Assembly (NCBI GenBank): GCA_029252405.1
Contig: JAQXBM010000052.1
Coordinates: forward strand, 1,156 to 65,155
Source of the DNA: Crocinitomicaceae bacterium
GTDB taxonomy: Bacteria > Bacteroidota > Bacteroidia > Flavobacteriales_D > Crocinitomicaceae
Reading direction: 5' to 3'
DNA length: 64,000 bases
Shown here: positions 11,701-21,760 of the stretch, in pieces
Numbering within the stretch: position 1 is the stretch's first letter
Layout: each line of letters starts with the position of its first letter
The notes under the pieces: model-generated
What the model saw: only the letters and a program-made list of their open reading frames with translations
Databases searched by the model: none
What the model was told of the DNA's origin: nothing
Program-made: the position numbers and the translations under genes

Positions 11701-11849
11701 GGGCGCGTGAATTTTTTAATGTTTCTAGTATTCTTTTTTTCGAAACTTCCGTTTCTCATTTCTTGATGCTTTCGCATCGGCTTGGTCTTTTGGGTGTCCG
11801 TCATCCCTATATCCCGATAGTTATCGGGATCGCGGAAACGAACGGTATT
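11701..11849 (-). promoter_or_regulatory. structured nrdB-nrdA intergenic leader
   Basis: The minus-strand RNA contains hairpin ATCCCGAT-AACT-ATCGGGAT and hairpin GATGC-GAAA-GCATC inside the conserved AAGCCGATGC..GCATCAAGAA motif. It also contains GAAAC-GGAA-GTTTC and a possible long-range CGTTTC/GAAACG pairing. Confidence 0.35.
11760..11783 (-). promoter_or_regulatory. conserved 5-prime-leader hairpin motif (copy 1, upstream of nrdA)
   Basis: Plus strand reads ttcttgatgctttcgcatcggctt. The minus-strand RNA is AAGCCGATGC-GAAA-GCATCAAGAA, with a GNRA loop. Confidence 0.4.
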
Positions 11850-12824
11850 TTAAAAGTCTTCGTCGAGACTAAAGTTCTGTGCTCCGTCGTTATTCAAAAC
11901 GCCTGCTTTTTGGTATTCACCAACACGTTTTTCGAAGAAGTTTGTTTTTCCTTGAATCGAAATCATCTCCATGAAGTCGAAAGGATTTGACACGTTGAAC
12001 TCTTTGTCGTTTCCGAGCTCTTGAAGCAAACGGTCAGCAACGAATTCGATGTATTGTGACATTAGATCGCTATTCATACCGATCAATTTCACAGGGAGTG
12101 CGTCTAGGATAAATTCTTTTTCAATCTCAACAGCATCAAGGATGATTGTTTTGATTTCCTCTTTTGTCATTTTATTGACAACGTACTTGTTGTAAAGTAA
12201 GCATGCGAAATCACAATGCAATCCTTCATCACGAGAAATCAACTCATTTGAGAATGACAATCCAGGCATCAGTCCTCTTTTCTTCAGCCAGAAAATTGAA
12301 CAGAATGAACCTGAGAAGAAAATTCCTTCAACTGCTGCGAATGCTACCAAACGCTCAGCGAATGACCCTTCCTCGATCCAGCGCAATGCCCAATCAGCTT
12401 TCTTACGAACACACTCCAATGTTTCGATTGCGTTGAATAAGTGATCTTTCTCTTTTGTGTCTTTGATGTACGTATCAATCAACAATGAATATGTTTCAGA
12501 ATGAACATTTTCCATTGCAATTTGGAATCCGTAGAAGAATTTTGCCTCTGTATATTGAACCTCAGACAAGAAATTTTCGGCCAAGTTTTCGTTCACGATA
12601 CCATCCGATGCCGCGAAGAACGCCAACACGTGCTTTACAAAGTGACGTTCATTGTCATTAAGCTTGTTTTCCCAATCAATAAGATCTGGTTGAAGATCAA
12701 TTTCTTCAGCTGTCCAAAAGCTCGCCTCGGCTTTTTTGTAAAACGACCAGATGTCGTCGTGTTGGATTGGAAACAATACAAATCGATTGTTGTTTGGTTC
12801 CAAAATTGGTTCTACTTGTGCCAT
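11850..12824 (-). CDS. nrdB: ribonucleoside-diphosphate reductase, beta subunit
   Basis: Start taken at [20 protein letters not shown]. Ferritin-like di-iron motifs are present ([37 protein letters not shown]). Confidence 0.95.
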   Translation of the reverse strand: MAQVEPILEPNNNRFVLFPIQHDDIWSFYKKAEASFWTAEEIDLQPDLIDWENKLNDNERHFVKHVLAFFAASDGIVNENLAENFLSEVQYTEAKFFYGFQIAMENVHSETYSLLIDTYIKDTKEKDHLFNAIETLECVRKKADWALRWIEEGSFAERLVAFAAVEGIFFSGSFCSIFWLKKRGLMPGLSFSNELISRDEGLHCDFACLLYNKYVVNKMTKEEIKTIILDAVEIEKEFILDALPVKLIGMNSDLMSQYIEFVADRLLQELGNDKEFNVSNPFDFMEMISIQGKTNFFEKRVGEYQKAGVLNNDGAQNFSLDEDF

Positions 12825-13274
12825 TCTTTTCAAATTTTTAGCGTAACGAATCCCTGTCAAAAAATGTCGATTTTTTGATTTTTTTACTCCGTAAAGCTCG
12901 ATTTTTTCCCTGCTTTTTTAACTGAAGATTGAGGTCAGCTATGTTTCGTTAAGCGGGACTACAAAAGTTGTCAAAAATCTGCCGTTTAGCAACTAAAAAA
13001 ATCCACAATTTTTCAACGTTATTAACATTGACGCACTGAAACCCTTTGAGATCAACCCATCACTCTTTTATCAACATAGAATTTAAAGATATTCACAGAC
13101 GGGAATTTGAGCTTTGTCGATAAATTCAACTCATTCGTCTTAAATCCTTCTAATCCAACGGTTACAGGGGCGTTCTATAAAAATAACGGAATTCCGCCCT
13201 TTGTTAAACAGTTTTATTTCTTATTTTAAACAATGAATTGTTCATAGAAACAAACCACATTCGACTGAAAAAAA

Positions 13275-13988
13275 ATGAGATCAACAACGCTCTTCAAACA
13301 TAGCGGGATTCTTAACGATACTCGCCACTTAATTTTCCCTCAAAAATGCCTCTCTTGTGAGAGTGAATTGACGGGTGCGGAAAGTACTATTTGTTCACTT
13401 TGCACCACCAATTTTACTGAAACGAATTTTCATTTGTCGGATGAACCCACAATGATGGATAAAATCTTCTGGGGTAGGGTTCCAATTCACAAAACGTACG
13501 CGCTATTTTTCTTCGAAAAAGCGAAAACCGCCCAAAAGATCTTATTTCAACTCAAGTACAAGAATAATCAGGCGGTGGGGCATCATTTCGGGCGGGAAAT
13601 CGCTAAGCGAATCAAGCTAAACGAAGAATTTAACGATGTGGATGTGTTCATTCCCGTGCCACTTCACCCGAAAAAAGCATTTATCCGCGGATACAACCAA
13701 AGTGAAGCCTTGGCGATCGGAATTACCCAAGAATTTGGTGTTAAAATGGACTTACAATCATTGAAACGAGTGCAACACGGCAAATCTCAAACAACAAAAT
13801 CACGGTATGAGCGGTGGAGTTCGATTCAATCCACTTTTCGCATCAAAGAATCAATTAAAAAGTACAATCATATTGTGTTGGTTGATGACGTAATCACCAC
13901 AGGGTCAACAATTGAAGTGATCGCATCTGCAATTTTGGAAAAACATCCCAAAGTGAAAGTTAGCGTGGTTACTTTAGCCATTACATAG
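13275..13988 (+). CDS. ComF-family protein (phosphoribosyltransferase domain)
   Basis: N-terminal CxxC...CxxC zinc-ribbon-like cysteines and the PRTase motif IVLVDDVITTGSTIE. Confidence 0.8.
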   Translation: MRSTTLFKHSGILNDTRHLIFPQKCLSCESELTGAESTICSLCTTNFTETNFHLSDEPTMMDKIFWGRVPIHKTYALFFFEKAKTAQKILFQLKYKNNQAVGHHFGREIAKRIKLNEEFNDVDVFIPVPLHPKKAFIRGYNQSEALAIGITQEFGVKMDLQSLKRVQHGKSQTTKSRYERWSSIQSTFRIKESIKKYNHIVLVDDVITTGSTIEVIASAILEKHPKVKVSVVTLAIT

Positions 13989-14051
13989 AACGTTCTCGTC
14001 CAAAATGCCTATTTTCATTTAATAACGAACACGCAATTATTCCATCCCAAC

Positions 14052-14819
14052 ATGAAAAAACTACCCTTATTTCTTTTCATTGGAGCCGTTGGTTTCTTGA
14101 TTTACGCTTTGGTGTATTTGGATGGTGGAAATGTGAAAATCAACACCGGGAAAAGCACAAAGTCTGAGTCGAGGAAGATTGAAAAAGTTCAAGTAGTTGC
14201 TAGAACCCAGAAGATTCACGCATTTAATAAAATCGAGGTGGACGGTATTTTTGAGGTTGTTGTGACTTATGGCAAAAAAGAGAAAATTGTGATTGAATAT
14301 GCCGACAACACCAGTAAAGAAATCAAGTTGAAAGTGAAGTCGGGAACATTAATGGTCAAACTAGATAGAAGCACTGCCCTTCTGTTTAAGAGCGGGTCCA
14401 AAATTCACGTTTACACGGAGAAGCTGAATGATTTTATGCTCGGTGGAGCTGCCTCCGTTGAATTGAATAACACATTAAAAGACGATTCGTTTTCGATCAA
14501 ATCTGGTGGTACGGCTTCTTTCAAAGGAGATGTTGAGGTCACTGAAGCGGCAATTGAATTAAATGGCGCTTCGAAGGTTGAACTGTCAGGAACGGCGACG
14601 GCGGCAAGTTTAGATCTTTCTAGCGCAGGTAAACTCACGGATTTTGATTTCCAAGTGAACAATCTATCTGTCGACATAAACGGATTAAGTAAAACGAAGA
14701 TCACGTGTTTGGAAAGTTTGTCGGGTGAAATCTCAGGGATAAGCACGTTGACTTACGACGGTAACCCACGTCTAAAAACAGTTAAAACCTCCGGGTCAGC
14801 TACTCTTAAGGTGCGATAA
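14052..14819 (+). CDS. DUF2807 / GIN-domain (putative adhesin head) protein
   Basis: Signal-anchor followed by a repetitive beta-helix-like pattern (GASKVELSGTA...LSSAGKL...GLSKTKI...GISTLTYDGNP). Confidence 0.6.
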   Translation: MKKLPLFLFIGAVGFLIYALVYLDGGNVKINTGKSTKSESRKIEKVQVVARTQKIHAFNKIEVDGIFEVVVTYGKKEKIVIEYADNTSKEIKLKVKSGTLMVKLDRSTALLFKSGSKIHVYTEKLNDFMLGGAASVELNNTLKDDSFSIKSGGTASFKGDVEVTEAAIELNGASKVELSGTATAASLDLSSAGKLTDFDFQVNNLSVDINGLSKTKITCLESLSGEISGISTLTYDGNPRLKTVKTSGSATLKVR

Positions 14820-14956
14820 AACTTTGAATTGGCACAACCAATTGACTCAAGTCGCTGTGATTCATACATCTCAAATTGACTGAAATTGTGTAAATTCACC
14901 CACTAAATCACCGTTATTCAAACCATCATGAAGAATTTGAAAGTCGTCTGAGACGC

Positions 14957-15268
14957 GTGTTTACTTTTGAGAATTACATCTGTTTTGGGATGTTCATAGG
15001 GGACCAACTCATTGGTGTTTCAAGCGGCTGGACCACGGTGCGATTGTATTCGGATAAGCAACTTGAAATAGACAATGTCATAATCAACGGAAATATTCAA
15101 TCAAAGGGTTACGGGAAAAAGCTCATTTCGGAAATTCAATTTTGGGTAACAAAAAACGGCTATAAAACAGTCGAATTACACACCTACCTCCAAAACGATC
15201 GATCGCATAAGTTCTATTTCAACCAAGGGTACAAAATACTCGGATTTCACTTTCAAAGAAAGCTTTAG
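14957..15268 (+). CDS. GNAT-family N-acetyltransferase, apparently N-terminally truncated
   Basis: Acetyl-CoA binding region (IQSKGYGKKLISE) and C-terminal FYFNQGYK. The product is only 103 aa with a GTG start, and the in-frame upstream region runs into TAA at 14891-14893. This may be a remnant. Confidence 0.55.
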   Translation: MFTFENYICFGMFIGDQLIGVSSGWTTVRLYSDKQLEIDNVIINGNIQSKGYGKKLISEIQFWVTKNGYKTVELHTYLQNDRSHKFYFNQGYKILGFHFQRKL

Positions 15269-15428
15269 GTTCACACTAAAATGCAGTGTGATCCGCCAGA
15301 TCTAATTGAAACAGGTGAAATCCATCCTTCTCAAATCAAACAATTTATTACCTTAATGGCAGAATTCACCATCGTGAGTAAAATCAGACGTACTCGCGAA
15401 CGCTAAAAGAACTTAATCCTATTCAATC

Positions 15429-18400
15429 ATGAGTGAAAACAACAATGATCCTAAACAGCCCACAGCTAACGACGTAAAGTGCTGGGACAGTAATGGAAGC
15501 ACAGAAAAAGTAACACAGCGTCTCAAAGAGATGTTCGTAGAAATGGGTCAAAAAACCCGAATCGAGGAAGGACAAACACCCGCAGAAAGAGCAGTATTCA
15601 GAAAACAACATGGTATTGCCTACGGGGAATTTATCGTCAATGATGATATTCCTGAAGAATACAAAGTAGGGATTTTTGCCGGTTCTCGCTACAGCTCTGC
15701 CCTTCGCTTTTCAAGTGATACTGGACTAACATCACCGGACTTACACACAACAATGGGAGTTGGGCTTAAGCTCTTCGGTGTTGAGGGTCCAAAACTCTTT
15801 GGAAAAGGAACAAATGCCGATTTCATCTTCCAAAATATTGATCGCTTTTTTGCCAAGGATGCACAACAGATGTGTACGTTCACTACTGCAGGAGTTATTG
15901 ATGGAGATTATGACGACTACATCGCCAAACATCCAGAGTTGGCGAGCATTTTGAATGCCATGATGAAAGAAGAAGCCAGCTGCTTAAGTGCCAGTTATTG
16001 GGCCATTCTTCCTTTCAAACTTGGAGAGTCGAACATTGTGAAATACCGATTGGTTCCAGATGAAGACGTAGATAGAGGTGCACCATTTGATGATGACAAC
16101 TACCTCAAGTTAGATTTAGAAAAACGCCTTCGCAACGGAAGTTCCACTTTTAGGTTTGAAATTCAACCTCGAACAAACGAAGAAACAATGCCACTCAATG
16201 ATGCACAAGTGGTTTGGAGCACAAAAGAAAGTGAATACGTTTGCATCGCCAAATTGCATTTGCCACAACAGGACGTGACGGCGATCGGCCAAGCAGATTT
16301 CGGAAGTGGTTTATCCTTCAACATTTGGAGAACGCTGGAAGCCCATCAGCCACTTGGTTCTATTTCAGAAGCGAGAAGAACAGTATACGCGGCGAGCGCT
16401 CAGGCTCGACAGCAAGCTAACGGTCAACCTCAACAGGAACCAAAAGAAATTAACCCTGCTTTTCAAGGTAATACAGACGAGGACAGCGATTGCATCGTAA
16501 AAGCCGCAATCTATCCACCGATTGGAGTGATGCGCGTTGGAAATAGTGAAGATGAATACTTCATCGGGCCGCTTGTTGATGAACCTGAAATAAAAGACGA
16601 TCCCTACGCCTACCGCGATAAGACAGGTGCGATTAAACGTCAAGCCGCGCAATTCAGGATTTACGGACTGAATGCTGCTGGAAAAGCGATTAAGGAATTA
16701 ACAATGGACAACGCCAATATTACCTGGCGATCTCATTTGGCGAATCAGAAAGCTTCGTGGTACCAATTTCAAATCGCATTGGATATTCCAGATGCGAATG
16801 ATCCAGATATTCCACCTTCATTGTTACGAAACATCGATGTGAAGAATCGTAAGAAATTGTTGATTGACGGCGGTAAGCGAAAAATCTCTGAACCGAATGT
16901 ATCAGTGGGGAAAAAGTTCAAGGGTAAATTCATGGGCGAGCGCGTATATTTGGGCGAAATGCACACAGACGAACAAGGGCGCTTAATCTTGCTAGGAGGA
17001 CACGGAAAATCCAAAAACTTCAATGGAGATAGAGCCATTACTTTCGCTAATAACGAAGGCTGGCACGATGACATGTCCGACGGTCCGGTAACGGCAACTG
17101 TAGAATACGAAGGAGTTCAACTTACCGTTGATCCAGCATGGGTTATTTGCGCTCCACCAGATTACGCACCAATGCAAAAATCGGTTCGAACAATGTGGGA
17201 CATGATGCGCAGCGTAGCTGTAGAAGCCGAAATGATGCCGCGACCAGCACGACCATCATTCAAAAAAGATATCCTCCCGATTTTCGAACGAATGACCAAC
17301 CTTCAATGGGTGAACGCAGGTTTTGCGGCGGCATTTGGTTGGGGCGGACAGTTCAACTATACGAGCCTCGAATGGGTGAAGAAACTCAACGACCCTACTT
17401 CTGCAAATTTTGCAATGCGAAGAACTATTTCGAATAATTTCCGGCGATTTGATGAGCCAGGAGCCACTGCTCCACAATTGTGGCCGTGGTTATATGGGGA
17501 TGCCGTAGCAATTCCTTCGCAGGGGTCTCCGCGTCAGCACGCAACCTTATCGACACTACAACTCGCCTTTTTGGATCAATGGGTTGAAGGCGATTTCGAT
17601 GCAGACTTTGTTGATATGACTGGGTGTCCACACGTCGAACCACCGAAAAAAATCGATGATTACCCTGTATCTGAACAACCAGATATGCTGACAAAAGCAG
17701 CGATGGATTTCTGTTTGGCAGATGCTTTCCACCCGGGTTGTGAAATGACGTGGCCAATGCGAACTTCAGGTATGTACTCGGAACCGTTCCGTTTAAAACA
17801 CGCTCCGAAAGAGCCTAAAACAGATTACAATTACTACGGTTCAACCATGAATAGTGATGTACTAACAATGCCGGCTGGACCTTTACTTGGAGGTCAAGTT
17901 CCTGGGGGAGTTACCCGCTGGATGGCCGTTCCATGGCAAACGGATACTGCAAGTTGCAGAGACGGATACACGACAACGTACGATCCATACTTGCCTACTT
18001 TCTGGCCTGCCCGAGTGCCTAATAACATCTTAAGTGAAGAGCGTTATCGAGAAACACTTGATCCTAAATTGTCAGAAGAAACACGTAAAGAAGCCTTCGC
18101 GTATCGCTATTTCTGGCTGGATGATTTACCGCTAGACGGAATGGCGCCAACGCAGACGAACCAGATCAATAGCATGATCAAGTATTTCGACAAATTGGCC
18201 ATTGTTCAGCATCGACCGGGAGTACCTGACAATCCTCTTTTCCCAAAACACATGCAGATTGGGGTTCCTCCAACAGATGAACAAAACGCGGCTCTTCTGA
18301 AGGCAACAGAAGAACGTTTGAGAGCAATTTTGGAGGATCAGCGAATGGACGGTAAAGAGAAAGAGATGATTCATACAACCCTCGACCATCTGTCAAAAGA

Positions 18401-18641
18401 AGGTTTGTTGAATGAGCAATTCAACCTAGAAGGCACACGCGATCAACTGCTTGAACTCGTAAAAGACGAGTTGCTTAAGGATGAAAAAGTGACGAAGGAA
18501 GTGAGAAAACTCGTGAACTTATTGTCTTCTGAAATCCATAAAAAGGAGAATAAGAAAACCGTTCCGCATGCTCGCCAACCACGCAAAGAAGTGGGTGTAC
18601 CAGAGCGCATGGTTCGTTTCCAACGTTTCAATCCGAAATAG
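15429..18641 (+). CDS. fusion protein: N-terminal catalase-like haem domain plus LodA/GoxA-family CTQ-dependent amino-acid oxidase, with a charged C-terminal tail
   Basis: aa about 45-330: RAVFRKQHGIAYGEF, RFSSDTG...GVGLKL, and HQPLGSISEARRTVYAASAQAR (distal His61 and proximal Tyr320 pattern). aa about 355-905: IYPPIGVMRVGNSEDEYFIGP, IKRQAAQFRIYG, HPGCEMTWPMR, WMAVPWQTDTASC. Confidence 0.8.
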   Translation: MSENNNDPKQPTANDVKCWDSNGSTEKVTQRLKEMFVEMGQKTRIEEGQTPAERAVFRKQHGIAYGEFIVNDDIPEEYKVGIFAGSRYSSALRFSSDTGLTSPDLHTTMGVGLKLFGVEGPKLFGKGTNADFIFQNIDRFFAKDAQQMCTFTTAGVIDGDYDDYIAKHPELASILNAMMKEEASCLSASYWAILPFKLGESNIVKYRLVPDEDVDRGAPFDDDNYLKLDLEKRLRNGSSTFRFEIQPRTNEETMPLNDAQVVWSTKESEYVCIAKLHLPQQDVTAIGQADFGSGLSFNIWRTLEAHQPLGSISEARRTVYAASAQARQQANGQPQQEPKEINPAFQGNTDEDSDCIVKAAIYPPIGVMRVGNSEDEYFIGPLVDEPEIKDDPYAYRDKTGAIKRQAAQFRIYGLNAAGKAIKELTMDNANITWRSHLANQKASWYQFQIALDIPDANDPDIPPSLLRNIDVKNRKKLLIDGGKRKISEPNVSVGKKFKGKFMGERVYLGEMHTDEQGRLILLGGHGKSKNFNGDRAITFANNEGWHDDMSDGPVTATVEYEGVQLTVDPAWVICAPPDYAPMQKSVRTMWDMMRSVAVEAEMMPRPARPSFKKDILPIFERMTNLQWVNAGFAAAFGWGGQFNYTSLEWVKKLNDPTSANFAMRRTISNNFRRFDEPGATAPQLWPWLYGDAVAIPSQGSPRQHATLSTLQLAFLDQWVEGDFDADFVDMTGCPHVEPPKKIDDYPVSEQPDMLTKAAMDFCLADAFHPGCEMTWPMRTSGMYSEPFRLKHAPKEPKTDYNYYGSTMNSDVLTMPAGPLLGGQVPGGVTRWMAVPWQTDTASCRDGYTTTYDPYLPTFWPARVPNNILSEERYRETLDPKLSEETRKEAFAYRYFWLDDLPLDGMAPTQTNQINSMIKYFDKLAIVQHRPGVPDNPLFPKHMQIGVPPTDEQNAALLKATEERLRAILEDQRMDGKEKEMIHTTLDHLSKEGLLNEQFNLEGTRDQLLELVKDELLKDEKVTKEVRKLVNLLSSEIHKKENKKTVPHARQPRKEVGVPERMVRFQRFNPK

Positions 18642-18649
18642 ACGAACGG

Positions 18650-19741
18650 TTGTCGGATAACAAAACGGATATATTAATCATTGGTGGCGGTATTGCAGGT
18701 TGCATTGCCGCCATCTCTTTGGTGGATACTCATCACGTCACCTTGGTCGACAAACTTTCGCAGCCCAAAGAACGCATTGGAGAATCCTTGGCGCCTGCAG
18801 CGAATCGCATCTTGGATGAACTCGGTTTATTGAAAGAAATAGAGAATCACTCTCCACCTATTTTTAAGCAAAACTTGGGAATGCAATCCTATTGGGGAAG
18901 TGACCAACTGCAGATTGTTGATCACATGCGAAACCCCGATGGATTTGTGAAAAGCTTGGACAGAAAAGCCTTTGAAGTGTACCTCCGCAAAGTGGTTGAA
19001 GATCGTGGCGTGAATTGTTTTTGGGGTTCGGCTTTGTATGCCAGTTCCTATGAGGATTCCTGCTGGGAGATTAAGCTGCGTTCTGTTGTTGACGAATCAA
19101 CTGATCAGCAGATATCTGCTGAATTTGTCATTGATGCCAGTGGACGGCAGTCTCATTTTGCAAGAAGTATTGGTGTAAAAAGGCAAGTAGAAGATAAATT
19201 GCTCGCTTGTTGGATCACACTACCAAATGTGCAAGAAAACACAATGAGTACCATCTCGTCGAGCTCGAATGGTTGGTGGTACAGCTCCGTGGTACCAAAT
19301 GGAAAACGGGTAATGGCTTTTCACACGGATTCCGATTTGATTGAAAAAAGTGCCTTGAAAACAGCACAATCTTTTATTGATTTAGCGAAGGAAAACGAGC
19401 AGATGAAAATGCTGTTGAACGAGGCTAAAAGCGCGATGGAGTTTCACGGGACTACTGCGGCAAACTCAACAAAACTAGAGCAAGTGGCAGGCAAACAATG
19501 GGTAGCAATTGGCGATGCCGCCGTCAGCTTTGATCCCCTGTCATCTCAAGGAATGTTTAATGCAATGGCCAGTGCAATGCAATTGCAAAGATTAATCAAC
19601 GAATTTGGTTTCGCAGACGAAGTCTCTAAACACTACACGAATCAAGTGGAACAAATTTGGGCGCATTACTTGAAGCATCGAAGTTTGTTTTATGGCGCTG
19701 AGAGAAGATGGAAAAGTGAGTTTTGGGAAAGACGTTTGTAA
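18650..19741 (+). CDS. LodB-like FAD-dependent flavoprotein (candidate CTQ-maturation enzyme)
   Basis: TTG start lies 9 nt after the oxidase stop. Rossmann motif DILIIGGGIAGCIAA and distal GDAAVSFDPLSSQG motif are typical of the tryptophan-halogenase/LodB-like flavoenzyme family. Confidence 0.75.
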   Translation: MSDNKTDILIIGGGIAGCIAAISLVDTHHVTLVDKLSQPKERIGESLAPAANRILDELGLLKEIENHSPPIFKQNLGMQSYWGSDQLQIVDHMRNPDGFVKSLDRKAFEVYLRKVVEDRGVNCFWGSALYASSYEDSCWEIKLRSVVDESTDQQISAEFVIDASGRQSHFARSIGVKRQVEDKLLACWITLPNVQENTMSTISSSSNGWWYSSVVPNGKRVMAFHTDSDLIEKSALKTAQSFIDLAKENEQMKMLLNEAKSAMEFHGTTAANSTKLEQVAGKQWVAIGDAAVSFDPLSSQGMFNAMASAMQLQRLINEFGFADEVSKHYTNQVEQIWAHYLKHRSLFYGAERRWKSEFWERRL

Positions 19742-19880
19742 GGTTTATTTATTCCGAAAAAAGACAATTTATTGACTTCGGAAAACACGGTTTTGCATTT
19801 AAAAACCAAGGAAAAACTATCTTTCGTATATTGAGCGCTTTGCTATCAATAATTTCATCTTTTATCCAGCACAATCCAAC

Positions 19881-20588
19881 ATGAAAGCACTCTCTATTTT
19901 TCTGTTCTCCGCGATTCTCTCAGTTAATGCAACTCATGCGCAAACAGCTGACGGCCTCATAACATCCTTTCTTGACAAAACTCAGATGAATAAGGTCACG
20001 AGCCTAAAAGTTGAACAGGTCATTACGATGATGGGAATGAACATGGAGGTTACCGCTTACTCAAAATCTCCAAACAAAGAGTACATAGAGACCGATGTAA
20101 TGGGTGACACCATAATCACGGCAAGTGATGGTGAAATAAATTGGGGTATTAACCCTTTTGATGAAAATCCTGAACCGAAAGTAGAAACGGGAGAAGACAA
20201 AGAAGATGACAGCTTTTGGTTTGATAACGACCTCTTCAATTATGAGGAAAAAGGATACGCAGTGAGCCTAGAAAGATTAGCAGAAATTGCAGGAAAGGAA
20301 TATTGGGAGGTGAAAATGACGAAAAATGAGGGCGAAGAAACGCTTTATTACTTTGATCCTGAAACCCTTTTACTGTGCATAATGCGATGGACAGATGAAG
20401 AAGAAGGCGTATCAGAGGAAGAGGTTTACGAATCGCATTTTAGCGACTATCGAGAAGTAGATGGTGGTTTTTTAGTTGCCTTTAGCACACTAATTAAAAA
20501 CAATGGGAAAACATCGTTTGAGATTATTTATACCTCAATAGAGTTGAATATCGACATTGACGATTCGAAGTTTACTATGCCTAAATAA
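19881..20588 (+). CDS. LolA-like outer-membrane lipoprotein-sorting family protein
   Basis: Signal peptide. The length and the pattern (..MEVTAYSKSPNKEYIE..YWEVKMTK..) resemble LolA-fold periplasmic proteins. Confidence 0.45.
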   Translation: MKALSIFLFSAILSVNATHAQTADGLITSFLDKTQMNKVTSLKVEQVITMMGMNMEVTAYSKSPNKEYIETDVMGDTIITASDGEINWGINPFDENPEPKVETGEDKEDDSFWFDNDLFNYEEKGYAVSLERLAEIAGKEYWEVKMTKNEGEETLYYFDPETLLLCIMRWTDEEEGVSEEEVYESHFSDYREVDGGFLVAFSTLIKNNGKTSFEIIYTSIELNIDIDDSKFTMPK

Positions 20589-20632
20589 GATTGAAAGAGA
20601 GTTTTAGGCAAGGGATATGTGATGGATTCCAT

Positions 20633-21049
20633 CTAACATTTACTAGCCCATCCTTCCCCATCAATATTGTGCACCTTCTTTCGATGCTCGACTCCCCAAC
20701 GATAAAGCTCACTCATCACGGATGAACAGGTCTTCCCATATTCAGTAATGCTGTAAGAAACAGTTACAGGGCGGGTATCCTCTACCTTTCTGGACACCAA
20801 CAGGTTTTCCTCCAAGTGCTTTAGCTCTTTTGACAACATTTTGGGAGTAATGCCCTCCACTATTCGTTCCAACTCTTTGAAACCACAGGATTGATAAAAA
20901 CTCAGTGCGGTAATAATGGGAATCTTCCATTTACCTCCAAATATATCCAAGGCATCGCGCATTGGAACCATGTAATTTCCAAAATGCTCTTTCATGGGAA
21001 CCTTTGGGTCCTCTGCGTCAATTTTCTCAATGGTGCTATCCTTTTGCAT
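20633..21049 (-). CDS. HxlR-family winged-helix transcriptional regulator
   Basis: GGKWKIPIITAL...FKELERIVEGITPKMLSKELKHLEENLLVSR...YSITEYG. Confidence 0.85.
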   Translation of the reverse strand: MQKDSTIEKIDAEDPKVPMKEHFGNYMVPMRDALDIFGGKWKIPIITALSFYQSCGFKELERIVEGITPKMLSKELKHLEENLLVSRKVEDTRPVTVSYSITEYGKTCSSVMSELYRWGVEHRKKVHNIDGEGWASKC

Positions 21050-21129
21050 AGTGCTATCTTTTATATAGTCGCTTTCAAAAATAAACTATTCCATCTATGT
21101 TTGTCAAACAAAACGCAAATAAAATCAAG

Positions 21130-21501
21130 ATGAAAAAGACAAATTTGATAATCTACTGGATCGTAACTGGTTTGTTCTGTCTGTCTGCAGTTGCAGGTGC
21201 CATTGCATACTTCGCTATGTATGACATGACAAGTGAAATGTTCACAAGCCTCGGGGTTCCAACCGAAGTAATCTACCCATTAGCCATTGCCAAGATCCTT
21301 GGGGTGATTGCTATTTGCTTCATTAAAAGCCCTCTCTTAAAGAAGCTGGCGTACTTAGGATTTGCTTTAGATCTTATTATGGCGATCATTGCTCACATAA
21401 ACGCTGGAGACGGTGAGTTCTATGGACCGATTATTCCTCTCGCTTTGTTGGCCACGTCTTACATTTTCTACAGAAAACTAAACGCCAAAACAGCGAATTG
21501 A
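21130..21501 (+). CDS. DoxX-like membrane protein
   Basis: ATG at 21130. Four predicted TM helices. It is divergent from the HxlR gene, which is a classic pairing. Confidence 0.6.
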   Translation: MKKTNLIIYWIVTGLFCLSAVAGAIAYFAMYDMTSEMFTSLGVPTEVIYPLAIAKILGVIAICFIKSPLLKKLAYLGFALDLIMAIIAHINAGDGEFYGPIIPLALLATSYIFYRKLNAKTAN

Positions 21502-21526
21502 GCCGAATTCCATCAATTACTAATCT

Positions 21527-21580
21527 AGACCTCACAGAAGTAGCTACAAAACGCTATTTCGTGAGGTCTTCTCATTTTCA
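21527..21580 (+). terminator. possible terminator after the DoxX-like gene
   Basis: 9-bp stem agacctcac/gtgaggtct with a long loop, then tctcatttt. Confidence 0.3.
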
Positions 21581-21760
21581 ACGCCCGATCTTTTCCAATT
21601 AAAAAATCAATCCCATTTTTTCTTGATAATAGTTCCTCTCCAATATTCCCAATTCTCTTTGAATTTCATAAAATTGAATCTATCTTGGTTACCGCTAAAT
21701 ATGAACTCGCCCGTAACGCTACTTTAAACCTTTTCCGGGCACACAACTATCACATTCACT

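Noticed and set aside
11701-11849. A cobalamin riboswitch or NrdR box in the nrd intergenic region.
   Set aside because: I could not find a B12-box-like sequence or the paired NrdR-box palindromes. The structure present is instead built from the two hairpin motifs shared with the RNA-repair island.
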